Origin: a virus
Lineage: Duplodnaviria; Caudoviricetes
Virus record (IMG/VR): IMGVR_UViG_3300029288_000060
Coordinates: 96,001 to 160,000 of that record
DNA length: 64,000 nt
Strand: one strand, 5' to 3'
This document shows positions 1-9,326 of this stretch, one piece after another. Position 1 is the stretch's first letter, and every line of letters starts with the position of its first letter. The translations under genes and the position numbers were made by a program. The notes below the pieces were generated by a model that did not search any database, had not been told where the DNA came from, and saw nothing but the letters and a program-made list of their open reading frames with translations.

Positions 1-390
1 ATTAACACCACAATTTAGTGAATCATACCCAAAAAATGAATGTTTTTCTATTTTTAGTATAATATCGTCTACTTGATCTATAGGAACTAATATATGCGGA
101 ATTCTTTTTGATGTAGATTCAATGATTTCATTTACAAGATCTTCCACAATCATCCTATCTAAATGTCTTGTTAAAATAGAACGAATAAGTTCTATTAGCT
201 CTATTTCTTTATCATCTACTCGAAAATCTATTTTTATTGGAGTTTGTTCCAATGATTCCCTAAAAACAACTTCAGCTTTGTCAACCGACATATATTTTTT
301 TACGTCTACTATTGTTTCTATTTTCTTTGGAAAAATAACTATGAAAGATGAAGAAGAAGAATTAGTTACAAAGTCTTGTTTAATTTTCAT
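1..390 (-). CDS. FVTNSSS-motif family protein, 3' end runs off the window (absent from ORF track)
   Basis: ATG at 390 reads MKIKQDFVTNSSSSSFIVIFPKK... and stays open to position 1; same N-terminus as the ORFs starting at 57537, 58092 and 58422. Confidence 0.85.
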   Translation of the reverse strand, partial: MKIKQDFVTNSSSSSFIVIFPKKIETIVDVKKYMSVDKAEVVFRESLEQTPIKIDFRVDDKEIELIELIRSILTRHLDRMIVEDLVNEIIESTSKRIPHILVPIDQVDDIILKIEKHSFFGYDSLNCGVN

Positions 391-414
391 ACTCACGCTC
401 CATTTTTTAGAGTT

Positions 415-672
415 TTATAAACCATATGTATTATGGATGAAAGATTGTTTTGCGATTTTTTCTCTATTTTTATAAGGAAGGTCTAAAAATTTTTTTAGAA
501 TGTTTTTATGTAGATTTCCATAATCATAAAGATAATGTAAGGAAACTACAACAACTTCATCTTTAGTAATATTTTTCCTTCCTGTAGCTTTTATTATGTC
601 TGCTCCAATTGTTTGCCAAACTACATTTAATGCTAGTTTGACTTTTTTCATTTCATCATTATTTAGAATCAT
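415..672 (-). CDS. hypothetical protein
   Basis: 85 aa ORF in operon context. Confidence 0.6.
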   Translation of the reverse strand: MILNNDEMKKVKLALNVVWQTIGADIIKATGRKNITKDEVVVVSLHYLYDYGNLHKNILKKFLDLPYKNREKIAKQSFIHNTYGL

Positions 673-2008
673 TATTATAACTCTCCTTCACTATGCTTAT
701 TAATTTTTCTTTTTCATTTAGATCTGGATTATCGATAACTAATTCTAACAAGAGATTTAAAATGTCACCAACTTCTTTTCCTGGAGTTAAACCAGTTATT
801 TCCATTATGTCATATCCATTTACTTTCAAATCAGAAAATTGATTGACAGGATCTTTTCTATTAGCTTGTGTTTTAAAATCTTTAACTAATTTATAAACGT
901 CTCTCAAAGTACGTTTATGTCTATTTTTTAAATTACCCATTTTATCACATAAGGAAACTCTTAAAAGACTTTGATAAGGGATTGAAAAATCATTTAATAA
1001 TTTTAATGTTCTTCTAATTCCTTTTGGTTGCAATCTTTCACTAGATATTCGCATATGTAATAATACTAAATTTGAAATTATGTTGACTTCTTCATTTGAA
1101 AATTTCAAATTCTCTAATTCTTTTTTGACAACTTTACACCCCGTTTTTTCATGCCCTTTAAACCAAATATTATCTGTTTTTGGATTTATTCTTGATGATA
1201 TAGGTTTTCCGACATCATGTAAATAAGCGGCTAATTTAACTAATGGAAATTTTGTTGATGCATGATCACCTGACATCATACAATGTTCAAAAACATCTTC
1301 TAAATGATATGGTCCACCTGGATGTAAGTAACTATTATTTAAACTTGGAAAAACATATTTTAAAACATCAATGTCATGTAGAGTTTTAAAGAATAATGAT
1401 GCATTTTTAATAGTTAATACTTTAAGAAGTTCTAATCTAATTCTTTCAGGTTTTACATAGAGAACGTATTTAGAATATTCAATTAAATCTTTTAAAGTAT
1501 CTTCTGAAAAAGAACCATTTATTTTTACTAAAAACCTACATGCTCTTATAATTCTGTTTGGATCTTCCCAAATTCTATCTTTACCATTACCATTAAATCT
1601 GATTATTTTCTTTTGAAGATCTTCTTGACCATTTACATAGTCAATAATCTTTTTTGTAATTGGGTCATAAAAAAGAGAATTCATAGTAAAGTCTCTTCTT
1701 TTTGCATCCTCTTCCGCAGATTTAGAAATATTTATATCAACATTTTTATCATTAAAACCTTTGTATGAATCTGTTCTGAATGTTGATACTTCAATATCGT
1801 TAATAAATGTGACTAGAAAACTTTTACCTAAAGTTTTTATTTTTTCATCTTTAAAAATTTTAATTAGTTCATCGGGAGTTGCAATTGTTGCTATGTCTAT
1901 GTCTTTATATGGAATATTAAGAATCATATCTCGAACACAACCACCAACAAAATAACTTTCAAATCCCAGATCTTGTAATTTAGTGATTATATCAAATGCA
2001 CTATTCAT
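659..2008 (-). CDS. cca: CCA-adding tRNA nucleotidyltransferase with HD domain
   Basis: VGGCVRD, DIDIAT, RRDFTMN and EDPNRIIRA class II NTase motifs; H...LHDVGK HD motif. Confidence 0.9.
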   Translation of the reverse strand: MNSAFDIITKLQDLGFESYFVGGCVRDMILNIPYKDIDIATIATPDELIKIFKDEKIKTLGKSFLVTFINDIEVSTFRTDSYKGFNDKNVDINISKSAEEDAKRRDFTMNSLFYDPITKKIIDYVNGQEDLQKKIIRFNGNGKDRIWEDPNRIIRACRFLVKINGSFSEDTLKDLIEYSKYVLYVKPERIRLELLKVLTIKNASLFFKTLHDIDVLKYVFPSLNNSYLHPGGPYHLEDVFEHCMMSGDHASTKFPLVKLAAYLHDVGKPISSRINPKTDNIWFKGHEKTGCKVVKKELENLKFSNEEVNIISNLVLLHMRISSERLQPKGIRRTLKLLNDFSIPYQSLLRVSLCDKMGNLKNRHKRTLRDVYKLVKDFKTQANRKDPVNQFSDLKVNGYDIMEITGLTPGKEVGDILNLLLELVIDNPDLNEKEKLISIVKESYNNDSK

Positions 2009-2285
2009 CTTCTTTTAAGCACCCACATGAAATTAATTGTCCGTGACATTTAGGACATTCTTCGACGTCACAACCTGGATGATGTATACCACCAATTTTT
2101 ACATTACAATCGTGACATCTTTTATTTTCTATAAAATCACCATTATCATATCTACCAAAATTTCCTCTGGTTTCGTAACCATATCTAATTGGATCCATTG
2201 CATAATTTGGAAAACATATTTTAATATCTTCTCTACATGAATCAACTTCTGACATATCTTTAGCACAACAATGACATATTGACAT
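2001..2285 (-). CDS. small Cys/His-rich zinc-binding protein
   Basis: CHCC, CHDC, HHPGCD, CPKC, SCGC. Confidence 0.7.
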   Translation of the reverse strand: MSICHCCAKDMSEVDSCREDIKICFPNYAMDPIRYGYETRGNFGRYDNGDFIENKRCHDCNVKIGGIHHPGCDVEECPKCHGQLISCGCLKEDE

Positions 2286-2296
2286 TTTAATCTCCT

Positions 2297-2728
2297 TTAG
2301 AAAAGTTTATCATTTAATTTATCTCTTTTCTTCATAATTAATTTTCCTAAATGATTTAAACCTTTTCCTGTCTTTAAATTTACCCCCCAGTATTCATCTC
2401 CCCAATAGTTTCCTTCTTGAATATATTCTTCTCCTGTTTGTAAGAGCAAAGACTTAAAAGGTTCTTGGTCAAATTTTTGATTGATACATTCTTCCATAAC
2501 TTTTAATTTTCTCTTATTCCATTCTTTTAAATTGATTTCTAATTTTCTTGATTTTTTCTTAACAATTGATGCATCTTCATTTTGACATAATATTTTCCAG
2601 GACAATTCTTGGCTTTTTTCTGATTGATAAGCATGTTCAACACTTGGAAATATTAAACTATTTATTTTTATCAGACATAGATAAAAATTACTTAACCATG
2701 AATATTCATCTTTAAATTGTTTAATCAT
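2297..2728 (-). CDS. NADAR (YbiA-like) family hydrolase
   Basis: [41 protein letters not shown]. Confidence 0.9.
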   Translation of the reverse strand: MIKQFKDEYSWLSNFYLCLIKINSLIFPSVEHAYQSEKSQELSWKILCQNEDASIVKKKSRKLEINLKEWNKRKLKVMEECINQKFDQEPFKSLLLQTGEEYIQEGNYWGDEYWGVNLKTGKGLNHLGKLIMKKRDKLNDKLF

Positions 2729-2750
2729 GTTTTTCTCTCTTTTAAATGAT

Positions 2751-3797
2751 TTATATAAGAAATTGTTTAACTATTTTTCTACATAACTCATCAATTTTAA
2801 CTCTATCTGGAGAATTAGGTAATGAGGTTTTTTCATATAAATCATCAAATTTTTGATCAGAGTTTTCTAATATTTTACTTATTTCATCATATGTATATAC
2901 ACCATTTTTTATATCTAATAAAAATTTAGCATTTGGTGCCGGAAATGTAATTGTGCCAGTTGTTAATAATTCCTCGCCTTCTAAGACTAACCTACATAAA
3001 TGCAAGGCATGTTTTAAATCAAAACCATACTCATTTTCCATTTTTGCTCTTACAGGATTTCTATTCTTTTTCCAATTTTCATATTGATTATAATATCTTT
3101 GTGCTTGAGCATAAGCATTTTCTTTTTGTAAAATATCAATAAATTGTTTTGAAATTGGAATCATGGATTGAATAGCATTTATGTTTATTTGGACAAATTG
3201 TTTACATAGTTGTTTAAAATTATGTGTTTCTTCCATTTGTTCTAATTGTTCTTTTAACGGGTGAAATTCTTTTAAATTTTCAAGTTTTAATGCAAGTAAA
3301 ACATTAAATGCTCCAATTTGATCTTTAGTTAAATCTGATCTAAAAGGAGATAAACCAAAATCTTCTCTTGCAGGTTTTTTCTTTGGTGGGTTTAATAACC
3401 ATTTCCTATGAAGTTTTATTTTGTTGAATTGCATATGAGCATAACCAGAAAAAGTATGTTTTACTTTTTTAGAAATAAATAAATTTTTATTTTTATAAAT
3501 TTGTAACCATTCATCTGAATCTTGTAACCACTTGTTTTTTGGTATAAATAGTAACTCTATTATATTTGGATTATTATCCATGGCTAATTGCATAAATTTT
3601 CTTAGTTCAAAATATACTGTATCATTATTTTTATCTTCAAATTGTTCTGTTCTATATAAAAAACCATAGAAATACTTTTCACTTGGAATAAAAACACCCC
3701 TCTCATCAATATCAGAATCAGGGGAGTTCGTTCCATAAAGATGCGAACCTACGATTGCACGAAAAATCAATTTAAAGTTACCGGGAAGTGTTATCAA
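2751..3797 (-). CDS. Pol-beta superfamily nucleotidyltransferase (RlaP/NrdC.11-like)
   Basis: GSHLYGTNSPDSDIDERGVF, NPNIIELL, KHALHLCRL. Confidence 0.85.
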   Translation of the reverse strand: MITLPGNFKLIFRAIVGSHLYGTNSPDSDIDERGVFIPSEKYFYGFLYRTEQFEDKNNDTVYFELRKFMQLAMDNNPNIIELLFIPKNKWLQDSDEWLQIYKNKNLFISKKVKHTFSGYAHMQFNKIKLHRKWLLNPPKKKPAREDFGLSPFRSDLTKDQIGAFNVLLALKLENLKEFHPLKEQLEQMEETHNFKQLCKQFVQININAIQSMIPISKQFIDILQKENAYAQAQRYYNQYENWKKNRNPVRAKMENEYGFDLKHALHLCRLVLEGEELLTTGTITFPAPNAKFLLDIKNGVYTYDEISKILENSDQKFDDLYEKTSLPNSPDRVKIDELCRKIVKQFLI

Positions 3798-3829
3798 TTA
3801 TATTACCTCCAAAAAAATTTAACGAATAA

Positions 3830-3868
3830 CTTGAGGATATTAGCACTAAATTAACTAATATCCTCAAG
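3830..3868 (-). terminator. 14-bp inverted repeat (terminator or RNA-processing hairpin)
   Basis: cttgaggatattag / ctaatatcctcaag with an 11-nt loop, intergenic. Confidence 0.6.
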
Positions 3869-3884
3869 CTTTTATTACTCAGAT

Positions 3885-5771
3885 TTAACTTATTAATTTT
3901 ATTATTGTATCTTTTTCTAAGGATTCTGGAGATAAATCTATTTCACTTTCCTCCTTAGAATTAACAAATTCCGCTCCTGCTTCTGTAAGAACATCGTTTA
4001 AAGTTATGGTTCCAAAATAAAAATCAAAAAGATATTGTCTTACTTTTCTTGTTAATTCTGTTTCACTTGAACTTATTGCTCCAGTTAAATTGCTTTCTAT
4101 GTAGTAAAATTTACATATTTTTGGTGTTGTAACTAACAAACCAAGAATTTTTTGTTTTACATCTATTTTACTACTATCTGAAGCAACAATATCATTAGGA
4201 TTTATCATGTATCGCTTAGAAAAATTAGAAACACCTTTTCCAACAATTATTTTATAAGGAACATCTACATTCTCGCGATAGTTAAAATAGTTGACAAATA
4301 AAATTGCAAGGTTATTCCGATAAGATGACACATGAAACAATTCAGAAGCGCCATGAGGTTTTGGCGCAGTAGTTAAATCACCAGAAAACATAATTCTTTT
4401 TCCGTCATCTCTGTAAGCACCATCCCATCCAACCTTGTTTCCATTTAGATCAATTAAAGAAAGATCTAAGTCAATTCTTGTATCATCAACATTAAACCAA
4501 TTAATACCAAAGACCATACTTTGCGGAATTGTCACAGATGTTCCAACAGGAAAGTTTCCGATAAATTGCTTTTCAGTCGCAGGCAAGGTATATGTTATAC
4601 CTTCTGGAATATAAATCTTCTTCCCAGATACTTTTTCTTTTAAATCATCTGATATAGATTTCAGGATGATATTTAAAGGTTGCATATACAATTCTGCTGG
4701 TTGTTTATCAAAATCAGTTATGAATGATTTCCCATTTCTGATTCTATACATAATGTTATCTGGACTATATAATCTAAACTTTAAAGCATAAGCTAGTCTT
4801 ACTTTCCTAAAAATGTTTGTGTTTTTTAATTCTCTTTTAAGTTTAGTTATATCTAAACTTTTCTTTTTAATATTATTAGTAACATTATTTAGGAAATCTT
4901 CAGGCATAGGTTTATGGTGAGTAACTGCAAGTCTTCTGATCTTATTGGTTATTTTTCTCATTTCTGAATTTGTTCTAAACGCCAAAAATAAGGGTTTGAA
5001 ACGGTAATAAATTGAAGCAAGATTTTCCAATCCATACTTGTCTGAATATTGCTTAAACAATTTTGAAATTCTAATATTTCTTTTTGATTTAATTTCTTCA
5101 ATTGTTTTTTTATCTTTAATTAACAACGTTTTCTCAGTAGCTTTATAGATAGCAAATCTTAAGAATTCGGTTGGATTTTTTGGAATTTGACCCAAATAAT
5201 CATACAAAATTACCCGAATTTCTTTATTTTTAATTTCTGATAATTCTTCTTCATTAATACCAACATAGGTTATAACTTCAACCATATCATTTATGGTATC
5301 CTCTGATAAAGCAATTCCAGAATTTAGAACAACTTGAACTTTTTCTTTTAATTCTTCTTTGGTATATCCTTTTATAACTACCAAAGGTATTTCTTTAATT
5401 TTTATTTTTGGAATTTTTAATCTTTCAGTTGGTATATAAACCAAATTGTTATCATAAATACCAGCAGCTTCAAAACCATATGTGGTTATGTAATGAATTA
5501 TTTGTTGGCATATCAGATATTCCATATCAGCATCTCTGATTATTTTCCATGATTTATGAAAAGTATTGTTCATGACATTAGCATCTAAACCAATACTTTT
5601 TTTAACTATATCAATTAATACTTTTAATTCTTCATCTAAATAGTTAAAAACAACTTCTGGTGAAAAAATAAACCCATATTGAATTGTTTTTGAAACTAAT
5701 TCCTTTGATGGGTTCTTTTTTCCTATTTTCGTAATGGGTACTGCTTTAAACAAATTCACAAAACTCTTCAT
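3885..5771 (-). CDS. alpha-helical (putative ROT/TROVE-like) protein with C-terminal TerD-like domain
   Basis: C-terminal WFNVDDTRIDLDLS and FSGDLTTAP..GASE are TerD-type motifs; long helical, Lys-rich N-terminal part containing NPTEFLR; the ROT-like assignment is inferred from architecture. Confidence 0.6.
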   Translation of the reverse strand: MKSFVNLFKAVPITKIGKKNPSKELVSKTIQYGFIFSPEVVFNYLDEELKVLIDIVKKSIGLDANVMNNTFHKSWKIIRDADMEYLICQQIIHYITTYGFEAAGIYDNNLVYIPTERLKIPKIKIKEIPLVVIKGYTKEELKEKVQVVLNSGIALSEDTINDMVEVITYVGINEEELSEIKNKEIRVILYDYLGQIPKNPTEFLRFAIYKATEKTLLIKDKKTIEEIKSKRNIRISKLFKQYSDKYGLENLASIYYRFKPLFLAFRTNSEMRKITNKIRRLAVTHHKPMPEDFLNNVTNNIKKKSLDITKLKRELKNTNIFRKVRLAYALKFRLYSPDNIMYRIRNGKSFITDFDKQPAELYMQPLNIILKSISDDLKEKVSGKKIYIPEGITYTLPATEKQFIGNFPVGTSVTIPQSMVFGINWFNVDDTRIDLDLSLIDLNGNKVGWDGAYRDDGKRIMFSGDLTTAPKPHGASELFHVSSYRNNLAILFVNYFNYRENVDVPYKIIVGKGVSNFSKRYMINPNDIVASDSSKIDVKQKILGLLVTTPKICKFYYIESNLTGAISSSETELTRKVRQYLFDFYFGTITLNDVLTEAGAEFVNSKEESEIDLSPESLEKDTIIKLIS

Positions 5772-5787
5772 GCAATTCTCCTTTTTA

Positions 5788-6107
5788 AAGCGGTTAGTAT
5801 TTTTTAAATTTTAAATAGGAACTAACTATGCTTCAAAAACATAAAACAAGGCGGAGAGTATATTAATCTAAAAGGATTTTTGTATAGGAACTCTCATTTG
5901 CCTTTTTTACAAAGTATAAGCGGGAAGTAGATAAATTATCCAAAATTTTAATAGGAACTTCCTATGCTTATTATAATAGCGAGTGGTATTTATAATCTTA
6001 GCAATTATATTTTTTAGGAACCACTTATGCTATACATTTTTAAAAAATAAAGCGGAGAGTATATTTATCGCAACGATTTTTTGTATAGGAACTCTCATTT
6101 GCTTTAT
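5788..6107 (-). ncRNA. tandem array of five structured RNA units (46-61 nt)
   Basis: Units at 5788-5833, 5848-5904, 5916-5971, 5976-6033 and 6047-6107; minus-strand consensus stem-GC-(AUA/AAAU)-NNNNGU-UCCUA-variable-U-ACNNNN-C-GC-stem with compensatory changes. Confidence 0.85.
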
Positions 6108-6113
6108 CTTTAA

Positions 6114-6121
6114 TTTGTTCT
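6114..6121 (-). promoter_or_regulatory. AGAACAAA candidate phage promoter element directly upstream of the RNA array
   Basis: tttgttct on +, 6 nt from the array 5' end; the same motif precedes six other genes. Confidence 0.5.
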
Positions 6122-6517
6122 TAATAAATTAGATTTTATCTCGTTTTTTTGTTTCTTAAATAATAAATTTTCCATGGTTTTAAATTCATGCTCGCTCTCG
6201 TTAGAAAAATCTATAATTAATTTATATTTTTTAGTTAGAAAATCATTAAATTCTTTTTCATTATCCACTTTTTTTACTTATTATTCTTCAACAAAAAAGT
6301 TCTTGCAAGTAAATCATTACGTATTGTCATACCATCTTCCTCCACAATAGAATTACCTGACTTTAAAAATAAAGATATTTTTTTGAAAATTTTTTTAAAA
6401 AATAACATCTTTCCCCCTATACATAATATTTTATTTCAAATATTAATATATATAGTGCTATTCTTTAAACATAAAATCGGAAGTTGTTAAAAAAATTTTT
6501 TAACTTACATAATTTTT

Positions 6518-6525
6518 AGAACAAA
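6518..6525 (+). promoter_or_regulatory. AGAACAAA candidate phage promoter element
   Basis: Upstream of the GGAGG SD and ATG 6546, at the start of the plus-strand module. Confidence 0.5.
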
Positions 6526-6545
6526 TAAATAAGATCGGAGGGTTT

Positions 6546-7049
6546 ATGATTATTGAAAGATATCTAAATCAATTAAATAAAGAAGATGCTGGAGGATTTG
6601 CAATAGATTCTTTCCCGACTAAAGCTAAATCAAAACCTCTAATTATGTCTTATGAAAAATCAATAGTTGAAGAAGCGTATGATTTAAATACAAAAAGAAT
6701 TATGATTGATTTAGATGGCACTATACACAAATATTCAGAAGGATGGAAGGATGGTACTCTATATGATGAACCTTTTGATGGAGCTAAACAAATTATTAAT
6801 CAATTAAAAAAAGATGGTTTTGAAATAGGTATTTTTACAGCAAGGTTAAGTAAAGAAACCAATGTAGACATTACCAAACAAAAATTAATGATTGAAGAAT
6901 GGCTAACACAGAATGGGATAGAAATAGATTTTATTACTTCTGAAAAATTACCAGCTGAAGTATATGTAGATGACAGAGGTTTACATTTTGAAGGTCAATG
7001 GGATAAAGAATTATATAATGAAATTAAAAATAGAATTGGGGTGAAATAG
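6546..7049 (+). CDS. HAD-superfamily phosphatase
   Basis: IDLDGTI (DxD), FTAR, KLPAEVYVDDR. Confidence 0.85.
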   Translation: MIIERYLNQLNKEDAGGFAIDSFPTKAKSKPLIMSYEKSIVEEAYDLNTKRIMIDLDGTIHKYSEGWKDGTLYDEPFDGAKQIINQLKKDGFEIGIFTARLSKETNVDITKQKLMIEEWLTQNGIEIDFITSEKLPAEVYVDDRGLHFEGQWDKELYNEIKNRIGVK

Positions 7050-7057
7050 AGAACAAA
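7050..7057 (+). promoter_or_regulatory. AGAACAAA candidate phage promoter element
   Basis: Immediately after the 7049 stop, upstream of the endonuclease gene. Confidence 0.4.
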
Positions 7058-7094
7058 TATTAAATGGTTGAGTGGGAAGGAGCTTTTTATTAAT

Positions 7095-8282
7095 ATGGTG
7101 ATTGTTAAAGAAATTCTAAATAAAAATGAAAATTTAATATGTGATTATGGCTGTGGAAAGAAAGCAAATTTTAGATTTTTAAATGGAAAAGTTTGTTGTG
7201 AAAGTAATTATGGTAAATGTGAAGGAGTTAGACAAAAAAATAGAGAAACTCAAATTGGAAGAAATAGACCAGAATATCAAATTATAAAAATTAAAAACGC
7301 CGTAATAGAAAGAATGAAAAATGAAAGTAAGGAAGAAAAGAAAAAATATGGAAGTAAAAAAAGAAGCATAGAAACTGTTTTAAAATTATGTCCAAATTTT
7401 TTAGAATATGAAGAAATTAGATATAATCCAGGTAATAAAGATGAATTACAAGTAAGATGTAAAAATAAAAATTGTGTACATAGTAAAGAAAATGATGGTT
7501 GGTATACTCCGAATCCTAGAACAATAGAACATAGAATTTCATGTTTAAAAGATGGAAAAATGCATAATGGACATTTTTATTGCTCAAAAGAATGCAGAAT
7601 CACAGATGCAGATCAAATTAGTTATTTTTCTGAGTTAAGATTAAATTATTATAAAAATTTAGATAAAGAAGAACATAATAAATTATATCTTTATCCACGA
7701 AGAATTACAATAGAACAAATTAATAAAAGATATCCAAATTTCTCAAGTATTGAAGAAATAAGGTATCATCCAGGAAAAGAAGTAAATAAAATTATTCAAG
7801 GACATTGTATTAATCCAAATTGTCCTAACAGCAAAGAAAAAGGTGGATGGTTTGATTTAGATCGAAGACAATTAGAAAGTAGGATAATGGCTTTAGAAAA
7901 CTCAAAGTGTAAAGCTAAATTATATTTCTTTTGTAGTAGAGATTGTAAAATTACAAGTGGATTATTTAGCAGAAAACCAAATTCTTTACAAAATGATTTA
8001 GATTTTATAAAATACTCAAAAGAAGTTTGGAAATATACATATTATTCAGTTAAAGATAACAATCATCAAATAAAAAATATAGATTTAAGAAGTAAAAATT
8101 TTCATTTAGATCATAGATATTCTATAACAGAAGGTTTTAAAAATGGTGTTGATCCAAAAATAATTGCGCATTGGAAAAATTTAGAAATCTTAACAAGATT
8201 TAAAAACATTTCAAAACATAAAAAATGTTCAATTAGTTTGGAAACATTACTAACAGAAATAAAAAAAATTGAAATAACATGA
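7095..8282 (+). CDS. free-standing HNH-type homing endonuclease with Cys-rich repeats
   Basis: C-terminal FHLDHRYS...HWKNLEIL...NISK HNH-like motif; N-terminal CDYGCG..GKVCC; duplicated EEIRY-P..C-N-C..SKE..GW..FxCS domain; ATG 7095 follows an AAGGAG SD (track start 7068). Confidence 0.7.
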   Translation: MVIVKEILNKNENLICDYGCGKKANFRFLNGKVCCESNYGKCEGVRQKNRETQIGRNRPEYQIIKIKNAVIERMKNESKEEKKKYGSKKRSIETVLKLCPNFLEYEEIRYNPGNKDELQVRCKNKNCVHSKENDGWYTPNPRTIEHRISCLKDGKMHNGHFYCSKECRITDADQISYFSELRLNYYKNLDKEEHNKLYLYPRRITIEQINKRYPNFSSIEEIRYHPGKEVNKIIQGHCINPNCPNSKEKGGWFDLDRRQLESRIMALENSKCKAKLYFFCSRDCKITSGLFSRKPNSLQNDLDFIKYSKEVWKYTYYSVKDNNHQIKNIDLRSKNFHLDHRYSITEGFKNGVDPKIIAHWKNLEILTRFKNISKHKKCSISLETLLTEIKKIEIT

Positions 8283-8296
8283 TAGGAGGAAATCTT

Positions 8297-9289
8297 ATGC
8301 GCTACAGTTTTGCAGCACTTGGAGAAAATATTCTAACAAGAAAATTTGGTAAGTAAAACTGCCACTTATAGAAGAAATTCTATTCGAAAACTCCTCTAAT
8401 TCAGGGAAACTCCAGTTCATAAAATTGGACAATCCTGATCGAAGCTTTGAAGAAATTCAAAGAACGAGCAACGACTATCTCGAAAGAGAGTAGACTCAAG
8501 TGAGTCGAAACGGGGAGGACCTTAACTTTTTATACCAAAAAAGAAAGGTCGTGATATAGTCTCAACTTAATGGTAACATTAAGCAGCTTGAATAAAGCGG
8601 GTAAGAATTAACGACTCTTGCTGAAGAAATTGGGAACTTCTGTTGGCGTTGCCGACCCGTATATCACTGGGTATCATTTTGTATGGTTCGACATATTACC
8701 ACCAAGCTTAATAAATTTTACTAATGGTTTTAACAGTGGAATCGGCTCTGTCGGAGAAATTCAAAACATTTTAGCCGCGTCTTGCTTAAGCGTAACACCT
8801 CCAGGTGGGACTCTTGGTAAAGTAGAGTTTGCAGGGCTGGGTGGTGTAAAATGGTCTGTGCCATCAAATGTTGACTACGGTACAGAAGTTTCTGTAAAGT
8901 TCTTAGAATTTAATAGAACACCAATTTTGGATATTATGTCTGGTTGGGTAAAATTAATTCGTGACTACAGAACAGGTGTGACTGATTTAGTTGATGGCGA
9001 TGATGGTAGTGGGTATACCAAGAAAACATATTCAGGATTAATGTATTACTGGACCACAGCTCCTGATGCTCAAACAGTTGAATTCTTTGCTTGTTATGAT
9101 GGAGTTTTTCCAACTAAAGATCCAGCAGATTTATTTTCAAGTGATGTGGAAACTGTTGGACGTCTTGACATTGAAATTCCTTTTAATGTTGATTATACCT
9201 GGAGAGAACCTTGGGTAAAAGCAAAATGTCAGAGCTTAGCAGCTACTTTTATGACAGCTAAAGAAACAGTAAAACAATATCACTATTAA
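8297..9289 (+). CDS. tail tube protein (T4 gp19-like), spliced join(8297..8350,8633..9289), 236 aa
   Basis: AGGAGG SD, then exon 1 MRYSFAALGENILTRKFG joins in frame to GTSVGVADPY...; YDGVFPT..EIPFNVDY tube-like motif; precedes baseplate genes. Confidence 0.75.
8351..8632 (+). ncRNA. group I self-splicing intron, 282 nt, no ORF
   Basis: 5' exon ends in U with P1 UGGU/GCCA (U-G wobble); P7 GACUA (8473-8477)/UAGUC (8557-8561); several GAAA-loop hairpins; terminal G 8632; removal restores the reading frame. Confidence 0.9.
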
Positions 9290-9326
9290 TATAATATTAG
9301 AACGCGAAACGAAAGGAGATTAAAAA

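Noticed and set aside
5788-6107. CRISPR array or simple terminator series
   Set aside because: There are no identical direct repeats with unique spacers and no cas genes. Conservation is of pairing, with internal loops and a fixed single-stranded motif, unlike terminators.
5788-6107. CsrB/RsmZ-like sponge on the + strand (repeated AGGA)
   Set aside because: The context is UAGGA at the edge of a large loop, not ANGGA in small apical loops. Promoter motif and operon orientation favour the minus strand. Not fully excluded.
6111-6408. Possible frameshifted minus-strand gene or replication origin in the divergent AT-rich gap
   Set aside because: Only two short (<60 aa) low-complexity frames and one A/T-run near-palindrome; there is no homology or iteron evidence.
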